Shown: positions 39,490 through 52,350 of the stretch, piece after piece
How the letters are laid out: each line of letters starts with the position of its first letter
Position numbering within the stretch: position 1 is the first letter of the stretch
Source of the DNA: Epiperipatus broadwayi
Lineage: Eukaryota; Animalia; Onychophora
Length of the DNA: 64,000 bases
Direction: 5' to 3'
Assembly (NCBI GenBank): GCA_028023455.1
Contig: JAQFVV010000004.1
Location: forward strand, 2,914,001-2,978,000
The notes under the pieces: generated by a model
Seen by the model: only the letters and a program-made list of their open reading frames with translations
Database searches by the model: none
Told to the model about the DNA's origin: nothing
Translations under genes and position numbers: made by a program

Positions 39490-39830
39490 AGCTGGATATA
39501 ATTAGAGAAGAGTTGGCAAACAAGGGCTTTGAAAATCCAATCATCAGATTTTCAATGATATGGATGGCTGAAAAGCTGGAGAGTGGAGAAGATTGAAGCC
39601 TGTTCATTAAAGTTTGAAGATTTGCTATTTTAATATAAACCGAGCACTGATTATATATATGTGTGGATGGTCGACCAACTGATGAGTGCTGGTTCAGAAT
39701 GAAATACGTATATTGGAGATCATTTATCTTTTTCACATGTACATGGTCATGTGTATCAGTTGTATAAGATGGAGTGGCTGACTGAAGGGAGCTTGAAAGA
39801 CTGAGATCAAACCCCCTCTAATTATATCAA
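39490..39830 (+). mobile_element. Family H copy (single arm)
   Basis: Homologous to 26455-26730 and 2195-2490. Confidence 0.8.
39675..39716 (+). ncRNA. Type I hammerhead ribozyme motif (family H, best copy)
   Basis: CCAA-CTGATGA-GTGC-TGGTTCA-GAAT-GAA-ATACGTAT-A-TTGG. Palindromic stem III, AUA triplet, one stem II mismatch versus consensus GCAT. Confidence 0.75.
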
Positions 39831-40334
39831 GGCAACAATAAAAATAATTTTAAAAAACCAATAGAATAAAGTACTATCAGCAGATAAATACATATATAAA
39901 AGACTGCACAGAAATATTAACAACCCTTTTAAAAATGTGGGGGGTTTTCCTCTAAATTTTTATTGTATAATAAAAATGTTTTTTTAAAAAAATATCTTAA
40001 AAACTGCAACAATATTTAAAAAGAAATACGTAAAATAATTTTTACATAAATATTTTTAAAAATTAATATAAATACAAAAGTAAAGTTAATATTTTTCTTT
40101 AAAAGCTTTCTTTGAGAAAAACGTGATGATGATAAAAAAAAAACAACAACAACACCTAAGTGATTGATATTAAAGTGATTATCAAAAATTTTCAGTATGT
40201 TTGCCTATGCAGATATACTTACAATGGGCTGTTGATAGCATTTTGGAGAGTCAAGTAAATTAAAAAAAAATCTTACTATATCATCATCAAAGCATGGATA
40301 AACAAATCTCTAAGTTTTGAGATAGTGGATATGG

Positions 40335-40556
40335 CTATAAATAGTCAAAATAAGAGTCATAGATCACAAGACCCTAGTCTCTTAAGCTTGTAAGTTATAA
40401 ACAATGAGGATTGCCAATTCCTCAACAAGCTTTGTGATAAATGCTTAGCCAGAACCAGCACTTAAAATATCTCTGTCAGGAACCCCACCCCTGACCATGG
40501 TTTCGTGTTTTGGCACTCCTCTGAGAGATGTCAGAGTAGGTTCAGATACTAGATCT
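40335..40556 (-). mobile_element. Family D copy 2, with hammerhead at 40488-40528
   Basis: Reverse complement: CTCT-CAGAGGA-GTGC-CAAA-ACAC-GAAA-CCATGG-TC-AGGGG. Confidence 0.8.
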
Positions 40557-41624
40557 ATATCAAAATTGTTGAGCTCGATTTTAGTTATTGTATATGCATC
40601 ATAAACAATAAATCTAAAAAGTAAATATATAACGTATATTGAAATTTCTAGTATTTGCGTATCAAATATTTTGCTTAAAGTAGTTTTATTACCGGGAAAG
40701 CTTATTTTCTAAAAATAAATTACTTAATAAAATCACTTCATTAAATTTCGAGGAATTCATACAGGAGCTATTTAATTATCAAACAAATATTTATTAAAAA
40801 AAGAAGCAAACTGTAACTTTGATATAAAAAAAAAAGTATTCTCATCAGAAAAAAAAAAAATCCAGCTAAAAATGAGATTTTATAAAAACTCACTTATAAT
40901 AGAATTTTAATGATAACTTGACTTAATAATTAAAATAGTTCATTTAATTATGTATGCTTTACGAAGTCCCACAGGAAATCTGCTAAATTCTGAATAGTTT
41001 GAAATGCATCCCCATGTGAATTGTGGAGTTCATTGAAAAAGATAAAGCACAAGTTAAAAATCACTTTTTGTGATATTTGTTTTACTAATTTATCCATTGA
41101 TGAATGGACAATGTGATAAATATGGTTTTGGAGAACTATTAGTGCAAATTTGTTAAACTGATTCTCTCTTGCTAATGGCCTGTCCCGTAGGACTAGTACT
41201 CATAGCATCTAGAAAAGAAAACTTGACAAAAAGACTCAAATGTTCCATTAATATTTGTATTGAAGGCCATAGTTAAAAGATTAAAGACAATATATAGATG
41301 TATGATGTAAGTAAAATATTAAATACATTAAAAAGAGTCATTTATCAAGTTTAGAAAAGCAAAGCATTTTTCTTCCATTTTTTAAATATAATTTTTTGTA
41401 ATATTGGTAAACAGATTACATACACATATATGTATTTATTTGTATACTCATGTATCTTAATAATAAATAAACATATGTGTAAATAAAAAAGGTTAATACA
41501 TGTAAGAGTAGACACGCACGAAAATAAAAATAGCTATCACATAGCTTAAAACTAATCAAAATACTTTCTCTCAATGATTAAGAAAAGCATTCATTATAAT
41601 GCAAAGCTAATATATATATAGTAG

Positions 41625-41728
41625 TTTTTTCTCATGTGTCATAGCATCAGCCGGGAAGTGAACCCGTTAACCCGAGACAACTGTTTGTAAAGCCGCTGTC
41701 GCTGACCTCTCGACCACCAATGCTTGAC
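41625..41728 (-). mobile_element. tRNA-Gly-derived SINE, copy 6 (CpG-rich, young)
   Basis: Family sequence with CpGs retained; TSD ATATATATAGTAGTTTT. Confidence 0.9.
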
Positions 41729-42477
41729 ACACACATATATATAGTAGTTTTACGCTTAAAAAAATAGTGAAATACAAAAACCAATTTCAATAGGATCCTG
41801 AGATTCAAAAGAAGAATAAATACGCTTATAAATAAATCATCAAAGCATTTTACAAAGTTTAAGAAATGTTTATTTAAGAATACATTATAGTTATAAGTAA
41901 TCTTGAATTTAAAACCCAAACTTTGTGAGAACTTTTTTTTTCTTGGATCATATATACATAAAAAGTGGATATTATTTGAAGCTTCTTATTTTTGCTAATA
42001 GAATTAAAATGTCGTAGTAAATGGATGACTTAGAATTCATAACTTTATTGGTGCATCTGATAGAGTATCCAATTTGGGATAGAGAGATTCCAGGGCTGAT
42101 TCTGGTATTCACAGATCTGGCGCTCAAACTTCTTATGAACTCCCGAACAACAAAGTTATATGCCTTTTTTAAAAAATAATTTTATTATGGATGGTGAGCT
42201 TATTTCCCTTCATCTCAGTTTTTCATATCATTCAAAATTATTCCAACAATTTTAAAAAAAAGAAAAAAACGGGATGAGAGATAAAAATATTTTATTGTAT
42301 GAGCTAAAGAGAAATGTCAATCCATTATTTATTGACTGTAATTATTAAAAATTATATTTGATATTTACAACTATCTTATCACTTAGTAATAAAGTGCACA
42401 TCAGTTTTATATTGATGCTCATGTGTTTTTAGACATACTTAAGCCCAAAGTAAGTCTACACTTTAATAAAATATATG

Positions 42478-43228
42478 AATGTACATATGCACACATATAG
42501 AGAAAAGCTTTAACAAAATATAATTTTAAACAACTAGGCTTAGCTAGATTTTCAATAATACAATCCATAGATGTAGCAATGGCTGTAAAGAGAGGGTGAG
42601 TTATATTTAGATGATTTGTGTTAGATTACATAAATTTACATATGAATGCTATGTGTTAGTAACAGGCCATTTCTTCTAGATGTGAACACAAAATTCCTTT
42701 CTATTGATGGCATGCTTTTTGCTTGATATATATACTATGCCTCCTTAATTTTTCATATTGCATCACTGCATTCAGTGCAGGCAATATCAATTGGAATGGG
42801 AAAAAAGGATGGCCAGATGCACAGAAATGTTCCAAGAATATAGAGCAAACACAGAAACATGTTCTATATTCTTTGAACTTTTCTGTGCAACTGGCCATCT
42901 TTTTTCCCCCATTTCAATTGAAATTGCCTGCACCGAATGCAGTGACACAAAATGAAAGATTGAGGAAGTATGGTACAGATAAGAGCAACAAGAATACTAA
43001 CAATAGAAAGGAATCTTGTGCTCCCATCTAGAAGAAGTGGCCTGTTACCAATACACCGAATTCACATGTAAACTTATGTAAACTAACATAAATCATCCAT
43101 ATATACATCCCCTCTCTCTTTACAGCCATTGCTAAGTCTATGACTTATTTTAGTTGAAAACTAGCTAAGCCTAGTTTTTTTAAAATTACTCTTTGTTAAA
43201 GCTTTATATAAGTATGCATATATACATT
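42478..43228. repeat. ~750-bp foldback palindrome (~370-bp arms, ~12-nt loop)
   Basis: Arms pair from AATGTACATATGC / GCATATATACATT inward to AAGAATATAGAGCA-(AACACAGAAACA)-TGTTCTATATTCTT. Confidence 0.9.
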
Positions 43229-44407
43229 TACATTAACAGAGAGATAAAGCTCTCCACTATCAGTAAAAATATGCTATAAACAAAGTTTATAACAATTAGA
43301 AATATACCATATATTTAAAAACTAAACAATAATTTAATTAAATGAAAAAACATAATTTATTAGAAATAAAATAATTTATTTCACTTTTTTATTCTATTAT
43401 TCAAACTTGAATAATAATTCATTTATGCACATACAGAAGATCTTTGCTTATATTCATTAGCAGAAAAATTATAAAATTATTAACTACAGAACATCCAATT
43501 ACTTTAAATATATTAAAAATATAATGCTTCAAATAAAATATATTAATAAAAATTTACTTGGCATAATTACAGATATAAATATAATCGTTATCTGAAAATA
43601 TATTTAATTACATCATAGCAAATAAAAGATTATGTATTTTTTAAATATATGCATAAAGCAAGTTATATAAATATTGAGAAATGCATTAATTATATCAGCC
43701 TGTTTGTTATTTGTACTTTACCTTATCAAATATTATACATTACTAAAACGGTTAATTGTTTTTATGACATTCCAACTTGTTGAATGATTTCTACTTTAAG
43801 TGAGGTATAGTCCACTATTTTTTAAAAAATATTTTGATTATATTTTATAAACCATTACCTAATCAATTATTTTTTAATAATAGTAAATATTCTGTTTACA
43901 GGAGTCACCAAAAAAATGATTATAAATATCACCGTCATTATTTTAATTATAGTAAATTTACCTGCATTATTTTAACACATGTTTACTTTCAATGTTAGTA
44001 AGCTTTAATTAGTTAAAAAATTAAAGTCTTACAATACATAAGTTAATATTTTTTAATGATAAATTCCCTTCTGAATTTATGTTGTATAATAGGATATTAC
44101 AATCAACTGATAACATTAGAATCAATTGGAGTTTAATGACACATACTAATCTCTTAACATAATTTGCTATACCATAAAATAATAAACTTTTTTAATGATA
44201 ATAACATCTATATCTTTTTTTTTTAATGCTGCATAGCAAAGATTTTAACAAAATCAGATTTTTACTTTGGAAAAAGATAGAAAAACTGACAGAATATAAA
44301 AATGATGAATATAAATTAATCAAATCTTCTGAAATATGTCTAGCATGTGATTCAGCACAGTAATAGTGATAATTTAAAAGCAAATGTTCTTGGATCAAAT
44401 GTTAACC

Positions 44408-46520
44408 TTTTTTTTTTCTCAGTGATCAAATATTTATTCATCAAAAAAAAAAAAAAAAAACAGATTCAGTAAGAAAAAAGAAAATTCAGAAGCAATGTGG
44501 TAAGAGGGAAGGATACATGTGAAAAGGGAAATGGAAAGGGGAAATTGTGTGTAGATATCAGGTCAGTCTGTGATTGAGTCCTATGACAGAGGCTGAGAGG
44601 ATGGGAGTTGGAGGATTGCCCAAGTGTCTGTAAGGAGTGGAGGTGTTGCTAGTAGGATATCTCAGGTTTTGAGAGTGTGAATTAGGTCCAAGAGCTTTTG
44701 ATTGACTGAATGTACTCTCTGGTCAAAGATAATGGCACCTCGGAGCAACCAGAGAGAATAGATGAGAAAAACTAATAGTCTAATAGCTGTGAAGACCCCT
44801 ATTTCTATGGATTTTTGGAGGTTGAAGATGGTATTCCTGTGAAAGGAAAGGCAGGAGTTGATGACATTTCTCATGCCAAGCAGAAAAGAACATTTAAGTA
44901 GGAAGTGCTGGAGGGTTTCATTGTCAGTTTTACAGAGCTGGCATATGGGAGAGATCTTGGTGAAACACCTATGGTGAAAACCCTATGGTTGGACCAAAAA
45001 TTGATTTGTGGGAAGGGAGTGAAGATTGATTTTGAAGAGGAAATCAAGGAATTTTGCCTCAAGGGACCACCTTTTGAAATTTGTGGATTAGTTAAGCATT
45101 GGTAAGTTTGAGGAATGTAGAAGACACAATGGAGAAGTTTGCGGTCTGATTGAAAACCTCCCAGTACTTTAGTTTGCTGCTGATGGATGGTATAACAAAA
45201 CCAGCCTTTTGTAGGATGTTGGCAATGAGTGAGGTCCATGACCTAGGCCTGCCACTGGAGGAGGGTTGGTGGGTGTGATAATGATATGCATGAGATTGGC
45301 AGAAAAGTATCTTAGGAGTGTGAGGATAATGTTGTGAGATCTCTGGATCAGAAGAGTGTTGATGGAGTTCAGGCCCAATCCATTGAGGTTTTTAGGAAAA
45401 CAAGTTCTTTTTAGGCTGATGGTCACTGCCTTTCTGCCCCAGAGAAAACGGGTGCAAAGGGAATTTATTTTGGATATAAAAGAATGTGTAGATAGAACAA
45501 TGGGGAGGTAGTATGCTATTTTAGGAAACACTAGAAGATTGAGGAGGGTGACTTTCCCATAAAGGGGGAGGTAGATGCCTGTGATAGTGCTGAGGGTGGA
45601 TGATATGCTTTGATAGAGTGTGGTTTGGACCTGTACTCTCATGTCCCTAGGAGACAGCAAGAGGGGGAATCCGAGGAAGTTGTGTGGCTTGGCATTGAAG
45701 GTAGAAGAGATTTGTTTACCAGTTGATAGTTTCCATGCCACTGATTTATCACTGCTAAATTCCAGCCTGTATGTTTTGGAGTACCAGGTGAGGATCTGTT
45801 GAAGCCTGGGGATGAGATCAACTGAGGGAAGGAAGACAACCACATCATCTACATAAGTAAAGCATTTGATGCTTTTGCTCAGTGCAGGAATGAAGATGCC
45901 AGGGAGGTCATGTTCTAGCCTGAACAAGAGGGAATTCAGAAATGCGGTAAACAACAAAATGCTCAGTGGAGAGCTCTGAGGGTGGATATGTTAGGTGTAA
46001 AGCCAGGGGCAACTTTCCCATCCAGGGTAACTAGGATTTCTCTGTTGGACAGGAGATTGTGGAGGATGGACAGAAGGGCCTCTGGGACATTCAGGTTTCT
46101 AAGGATATCAAGGAGGAGGTCGACCCTAACAGAGTCAAAGGCTGCCTGGATGTCTAGTTGGACAGTGATGGGCCTGCCATTTCGAGACTGCCTAACAGTC
46201 TCAGTGGTCATCTTAAAGAGTGTAGCAGCCCCAAGAGTGGAGCTCCCTTTACAAGTAAACTGTGAGGCAGAAAGAGCAGGGAGTATGAATTGTCCTAGTG
46301 ACTCTTTAATGGTAGACTCAATAAGTTTTATGAGCAGAGGGGTCATAAAAATGGGCCTAAGACTTTTGAGCTCAGTAGGTTGCCGATCTTTCTTAAGGAA
46401 AGGGACTAATGTTAACGGATAGAGACCCTTGATGATGTAAGCACATGAGGGCAGCTTGTTGATCATGTTGAGAGTAATGGGGATGGTGAACTGACTTAGG
46501 TGGAGAAGGATAAACTTGGA
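44408..46520 (-). mobile_element. 5-prime-truncated L1/Tx1-like non-LTR retrotransposon (RT plus C-terminal region), few frameshifts
   Basis: ORF 45963-46466 (LRPI, QF, LDIQAAFDSV) frameshifts into PQSSPLSILLF and ORF 45169-45957 (FTYVDD, FLG, GKVTLLNLLVFPKIAY). Further C-terminal ORFs run to 44662 (LWLLRGAIIF). AATAAA at 44433-44438 is followed by A10 at 44408-44417. Confidence 0.85.
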
Positions 46521-47881
46521 CCTATTATTTTAACTAATATTATTAAGAATTTAGATGTTTTTGAAATATAGAAAAATGGATAGAGAAAAAACACATATCA
46601 ACTAATATGAATGGCTGATTTCTAACATTTTCTTCTCAATTGAGAGAGTACACAAACTCTCTTTTTTTTCATTCTATATTTTTTCTGTTTCAGCTGTCAG
46701 ATTTAGCTTATTAATGCTGAATATATACACATAAAAATAAATAAACATCCAATGTATATTAATTTGAGTAGATAAATTCACTACTTTAAGAGTTCAAAGT
46801 CTAAAATATTAACCAGTTGCTTACTTTGGTATTCTCCATTCTCATTCCCATATTGGTTAACTGTTTTTGTATGACACTAATTTTTTGAATGATAATTATT
46901 GCAGCCAGAATTTAAACATTTCCCAGTGAAATTTAAATATTATAAAATAAATTTCTACACTACTATTTTTATATACTTTATTTTTTTTTTGAATGCTTTT
47001 GCCATAAGTTTTTAAAGAACATTTTCTTGTTATATATCATCAATCACAATTACTTATTCAATTTAAAGACTACTTAAAACTTCTAATGAGAATGATCTCA
47101 TAATTTTTAAACTTCAGCACTTGCCTTAATTTATTATAGATATAAATTGAATATTCCTGTATAACTGGTTTTTGAAAATGAAAAGTTTATTTCTGAATAT
47201 TATCCCCTCTAAATAAGTTAACATGTTTCACTATATAGCACATTTAATTTAGTCTTCTGGTACTAATTTGAGATTAATGAACCTTTCTTTCTTGTAAGTC
47301 ACATAAACTTCAAAAACATCTAACTTCTTAATCAAAAGAATCAAAAATTTCCAACTTCATAATTCATTTGCAAAGATAAACATCTTTCAAAAAGTGATAC
47401 TTTTATCCTAAAAAGTCCACTTTGCCATGGCTACTTTTTTTGCATATTTTCTTTTTATAGTATATTCTTTTAATATTGATTAAAATATTCAAAATGGTTA
47501 ATTTATCTATTTCATTTTCTACTTTAATATAGATATTATGGCAGTTTTGTTATTTTCTACTATTTTAACAAGTGTTTTTGCATGTTATATGAACACGACT
47601 TAAAAAATCATTTTTAATCTAAAATTTGTCTGATCGTTAATATTTTTTTTATTATGGTTTTAGCACATCATTTAATAAAATTGCACACTAATAAGAACTA
47701 CAGACTACTTTTAATGTTAATTTTTTAGTTATACATTTATTTTCATTAAATTTGGCTTTTTGTTTTTATTAAAAGCTAAAAATTATTTGATTAATATAAT
47801 TTGGGTAACTCATATTTTTTGAAACAACCTAAGCCAACCATTAGTTCAAAAACTTTCTCATAGTTAATAAAACAAATATTA

Positions 47882-48134
47882 AAACAGTAGCAAATTCTCC
47901 AGACAGTAGTGCCACTCAGTGGCTGATGCAGAGTTGCATCAGATTCTAAGATCTAAGTGCAATGCTCTCAGATCCAAAGTTCCTCACTGATGAAATTCAT
48001 AAGCTAGAAATTAGTCTGGAGATATTAAATGAGTAGGCATTAGATATGAATTTTATGCACAAATCTTCTAGCATGTATTGATTACTATGGATTTCACTAG
48101 GTGGCACTACTATCTGGAGAGTTTACTACTTTTT
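47882..48134 (+). mobile_element. Family M MITE, full length, ~40-bp imperfect TIRs, TA flanks
   Basis: AAACAGTAGCAAATTCTCCAGACAGTAGTGCCACTCAGTG versus reverse complement AAAAAGTAGTAAACTCTCCAGATAGTAGTGCCACCTAGTG. TA at 47880-81 and 48135-36. Confidence 0.8.
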
Positions 48135-48914
48135 TAACAACTTGTGAAAGCATAGAAATGGTGATCATGTGATATTTTAATGGTTTTAAAAGAAGTATTG
48201 TGGTCATAACTATTTCATAAAAGTTAATGTTGCTATCACTGATTCATTTGAATTTTAAATTTCTTAGTCTTCCTTTTAAATCGCAAAAAAACAAAATGGA
48301 CTACATATGTATCAATACAATCAGTCTCTGCGGCTAGAGTTTTTTTTTAAAATGGCACAAGGCATGTTGAAATCAGACAAAATTTCGATTTTTTGTTAAT
48401 ATTTTTATTAATAAGTTTATTTATTTATTTTTTCTGATCAGTTTATTAGATTGCATGAGGACAAAATTTTCATTGGCCAGAGTGCTTAATAAAATGAATT
48501 CAACATGCTTCGAAGATTCTGTAATTTCAAGCCTTCATTCCAAAAATAAATATAATAAACACAAGTATTCAATTTTAGATTTTTTTATTATTTGAATAAT
48601 ATTCATTTTTTTTTATTTGATAAATGTTTAATTTATTAATGTATTGTGTTTGTACTAGTGTGTCTGTGTAGTATAAAAATTATACTTGTATTTAAATATA
48701 ATGAATGTATTGGTTTATGTACGATGTAATTTTGGAGCTTTGATTCAAGTTTGAGGCAACCTTATTTTATAGACATAATGATTATCAAAAGATTTAATAA
48801 TTTATTAGTGTATTTTTATTTATATTAGTGTGTCTGTACAACAAGTAATGATTTATATATACAAAATTAGGCTATTATAGAGCAGTGTAATATAAATTTT
48901 AAGACTGATTATCG

Positions 48915-49520
48915 GATGGACAGAAAGGTTGCAGTTGATGAAGATATCATAAAATTTACTGGGCATAGTACCATGTGAAAATATAAACTCTTAAAACCAA
49001 TAAAGAGAGATTTCAAGTAGTGTGTGTGGTGATAGCCACAATGGTTATGTACATTACAAGGAATTGAATGCAGGCAAAGAATCAATTCCCGATTCTTACC
49101 TGTGTCTTGGTACTCATGCTGTGGAGTCATTAGTTTTTCCCACATCTTGCATCAATTATTTTCAAGTCTATAACTAGAAAAAGAGCTATATGCAAATAAA
49201 TGGTATCCCTGTGAGACAATAAATATAACAAGATAGAATTACTGGTGTGCACAAAAAATATAAAATGAAGAGAGGAGACTCATTTTATCATTGATACAGA
49301 CAGTGGCCGTCAATTTCTAGTTTCAGATAGACAAGAATCCAATTGTTATGATGACAAATGCATATTCACCTTCTGGAAATGATTTATTTTGTATCTTTTA
49401 TTTGGATGAATCTTTTTTTATAGATGCCTTGAGATTTTTTTTTAACTTTTGGGATATAAGATAAAATGGAAAATTTTTTATGCTACTACTTTTGTAAGTT
49501 CTGAAGCTATGGATTATCTC
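48915..49520 (+). mobile_element. piggyBac transposase remnant
   Basis: VAVDEDIIKFTGHSTM*KYKLLKPIKRDFK, GDSHNGYV, KMKRGD, DKNPIVMMTNAYSP match piggyBac core motifs (IDE.M..F.GR...KQY...KP.K.G.K; W.DKK.V..LST). Confidence 0.8.
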
Positions 49521-50739
49521 AGGTAAAAAGTATTATATATGGTTTGAATAAGAATTTTGTGAGGAATACAAAGAAATTATCAATGGTAATGTAATTTTAA
49601 ACTTAGTTAATGATAAATTAAAAATTATGAACAAACAATAAAATAATTTTTTTTTAACATTGAAATTTTCCCTTATTTTTTTTAATGGTAAATGCTATGA
49701 CTGACCTTCTATACTGTTGGACACCTTCTCTGTGAACTCTTAATTGTTCCAGACTTATTTAATGATACTAATTCTCCAGTAATGACACAACTCTATTAGG
49801 TTGAGATTAAATGCAATATCTAATTATGTTAAAAATTATATATATACATTATATATACCTAATCCCATAGGTGTACATAAATCATAGTATAGATCAATAC
49901 GACCTGTAAGGGTCCTAGCTGACTGTTCACATGTTCCAAGACTAGCTCTTCACACTTGAAGTCCCTGTGCATATGGGCAACATTCTGCACTCACTTTATG
50001 TGCACAGGTCAAGTTCCAAGAATCAAATCTTTTTCTTGATCTAATTTGCACTGTGTTCATTCATTGTTTCAATCCTTAAAGTTGATTGGCTCATGTTCCC
50101 ATCCATTAGCTCAAGTGATTCTTCCTTTCACTACTCCATGCTGAATACAAGATTTTAAATCATCATCTCTCTATCTTTAATTATTGAGTTATTTTTTAAC
50201 TTATAGTCTAAATTCGAATTCCTTTAATTGTTTTATCTCTCATTATCATACTGTAATCTACTCTGATTAATTAAACTGTTTTTACTTTTAGAAAATAATC
50301 TTTTTTTCTAATCTTATAAAGTTGTAAATAACTTTTATTTCGTATTTTTAAAAAAAATCAGTCTGTTAAAATGCTTTAACGTATTTTAACTTATTACGTA
50401 TTTTCATTAGTAATTTATACCTATATATGTATGTGCACTTCAGCATACACATGCATATCAGTAATCACGATTTGTCTTAACCTTATTTTTTCCCTTAGTT
50501 TTTCTATTTTCTGTCAATATATATCATTTTGCTCTAACATTATTAAAGATAAAATTATTGACAAAAGTGTCTCAAGTCAGTTTTAAAAATTCACTATGGC
50601 GCCAAATACCCAGATATATTTAAATTTAGGAATTTCTTTTCTTGTCTTTATAATGCTCTTATCTTATCACTTGTTTTTTTTCTAAATCTCAACTGAGAGT
50701 TGGCAAGATATTATTTGGCACAGTGATTTAATCTTATTT

Positions 50740-51540
50740 TGATGGATTCACAAGAAATTGACAAAATGAATGGAATTTATTTAATTGAATGTTTAAATTG
50801 TAAGAGGGAGGGGGTAAGGTTTCATATATTGGTATAACTAAGAATACATTAAAAACTAGACTTAGACGACATTTATATGACAAAAATTCAAATATTTATC
50901 ATTGTAAAGGTTTAGGTCATAAAGAATTTAGTATTAAAATGTTAGAAAGGGTTAAAAATTACAGGGAAAGGATGGTTAAAGAATTTTTTTATATAGAAAA
51001 ATATAATCCTACTCTAAATAGAATTAATGGAGTAGATAAGGAATATAAATCAATGTATAATTAAAATAAATGCTTAATGGGTTTAGGTAAATTGTTAGAA
51101 GTTTTTTTGTATAAAAGAGAGAGAGGGGGGGATGTTTATATTTGTTTTATATTCAGTTAAATATATTGTTTAGGAATGTAGTTTTAAGATGGGTTTTAGA
51201 TAAAATTTAAAGAAAGGGGGAGGTTTTTGGAAATTAGAGTTGGTATTTAAATTTGTATAGAAAGTTTCTTGGATGATTTTTAAGATATATTGTAATTAAA
51301 TAATGTAAAAGAAAGAGTAATAAAATATAGCAGTGGGAGAAAGATGTAAGTAAAATATATTTCTATATGTTTAATATGTTTGTTACTGATTATGTTAATG
51401 TAATTGAAGTTTATTTGTTGATATGTATTTAATATTGTTGCAGATCCTTGAAAATGACTGTATGAGATAAAACAGTTGAAACATTGGAGTTTTGTATTAT
51501 ATAAATATATATATATGTTCAGTATTGAGATAAAAAAATA
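50740..51540 (+). mobile_element. Penelope-like 3-prime fragment: GIY-YIG endonuclease, 3-prime UTR and decayed hammerhead
   Basis: NGIYLIECLNC / (frameshift) SYIGITKNTLKTRLRRH...RMVKEFFYIEKYNPTLNR. Motif TCC-TTGAAAA-TGACTG...CAGTT-GAAA-CATT-GGA at 51445-51488. Confidence 0.8.
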
Positions 51541-52109
51541 AAGTTTTTGAAAAGAAAAAGGATTTTTAATTTGTTGATATTATTGTAGAACATATATATT
51601 TTAAAAGAAAAAGTGAATGTACTTTTGATGTGTTATTATATATGATAAATAATAATAAAGATTCTGTAATTTTTTAAATTTCATTTCTAACCCTACTTTT
51701 ATCTACCTTTATTCTTTTATTTATGCTCAAATTACTCTGACCTTAATATACTTTCTTACAAAAACAAGGAATAATATACACTACTTCAGGAATAGTCTTT
51801 CTATTAAAAATTTCCATTGTATTATTTAATAAAATATTAAAAGTAATAGCCCTTTTCCAAACAATTTTCTTATTTCCAAACAAATTATTTTTACATACAA
51901 TTTAAATGGCAAAGAAATATTTTTCTTTATCTTTTACAACATTATAAATATTATTACTATTAAATAAAATACTTTTAACAAATTTATCAGAGTAGCCAAC
52001 ATTCAAATAATTTTTATAAAACTGATCTTTTTGAAGCAAAGCTACCCCACTAGAATTATTTAATCTTTTATTTCTATAACAATAATTATAAAACTCTTTA
52101 CTCTTAATA

Positions 52110-52350
52110 CTATTAATTTTGATGAAGCTAAGGTTGTCTTCTTTGAAAGAAATGAAATAGAAAGAATAATTAAAGAATCTTTGTTATTAAGAATATATGA
52201 TTCTGAAACAATTAACTTATTTAAAAAGTTGTCTTAATATTAAGGGTGTATAGGAGTTAAGTGGAATTGTGGGTAATGTTTAGTATAAATATGTTGTTAT
52301 TTTGTTGTTTTTTTACACTTGAAAAGTCTGCTTGTAGCAGTGAAATCATT
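52110..52350 (+). mobile_element. Second Penelope-like 3-prime fragment (endonuclease C-terminus)
   Basis: NFDEAKVVFFERNEIERIIKESLLL* followed by T/G-rich UTR and remnant TTGAAAA-GTCTGCT-TGT-AGCAGT-GAAA. Confidence 0.5.

Noticed and set aside
39359-39736. 125-aa minus-strand ORF
   Set aside because: It is the antisense of a family H repeat copy.
42701-43031. Three overlapping ORFs as genes
   Set aside because: They are mirror products of the palindrome and show no protein-like motifs.
44905-46422. Plus-strand ORFs (44905, 45620, 45982) as genes
   Set aside because: They are antisense shadows of the minus-strand LINE RT.
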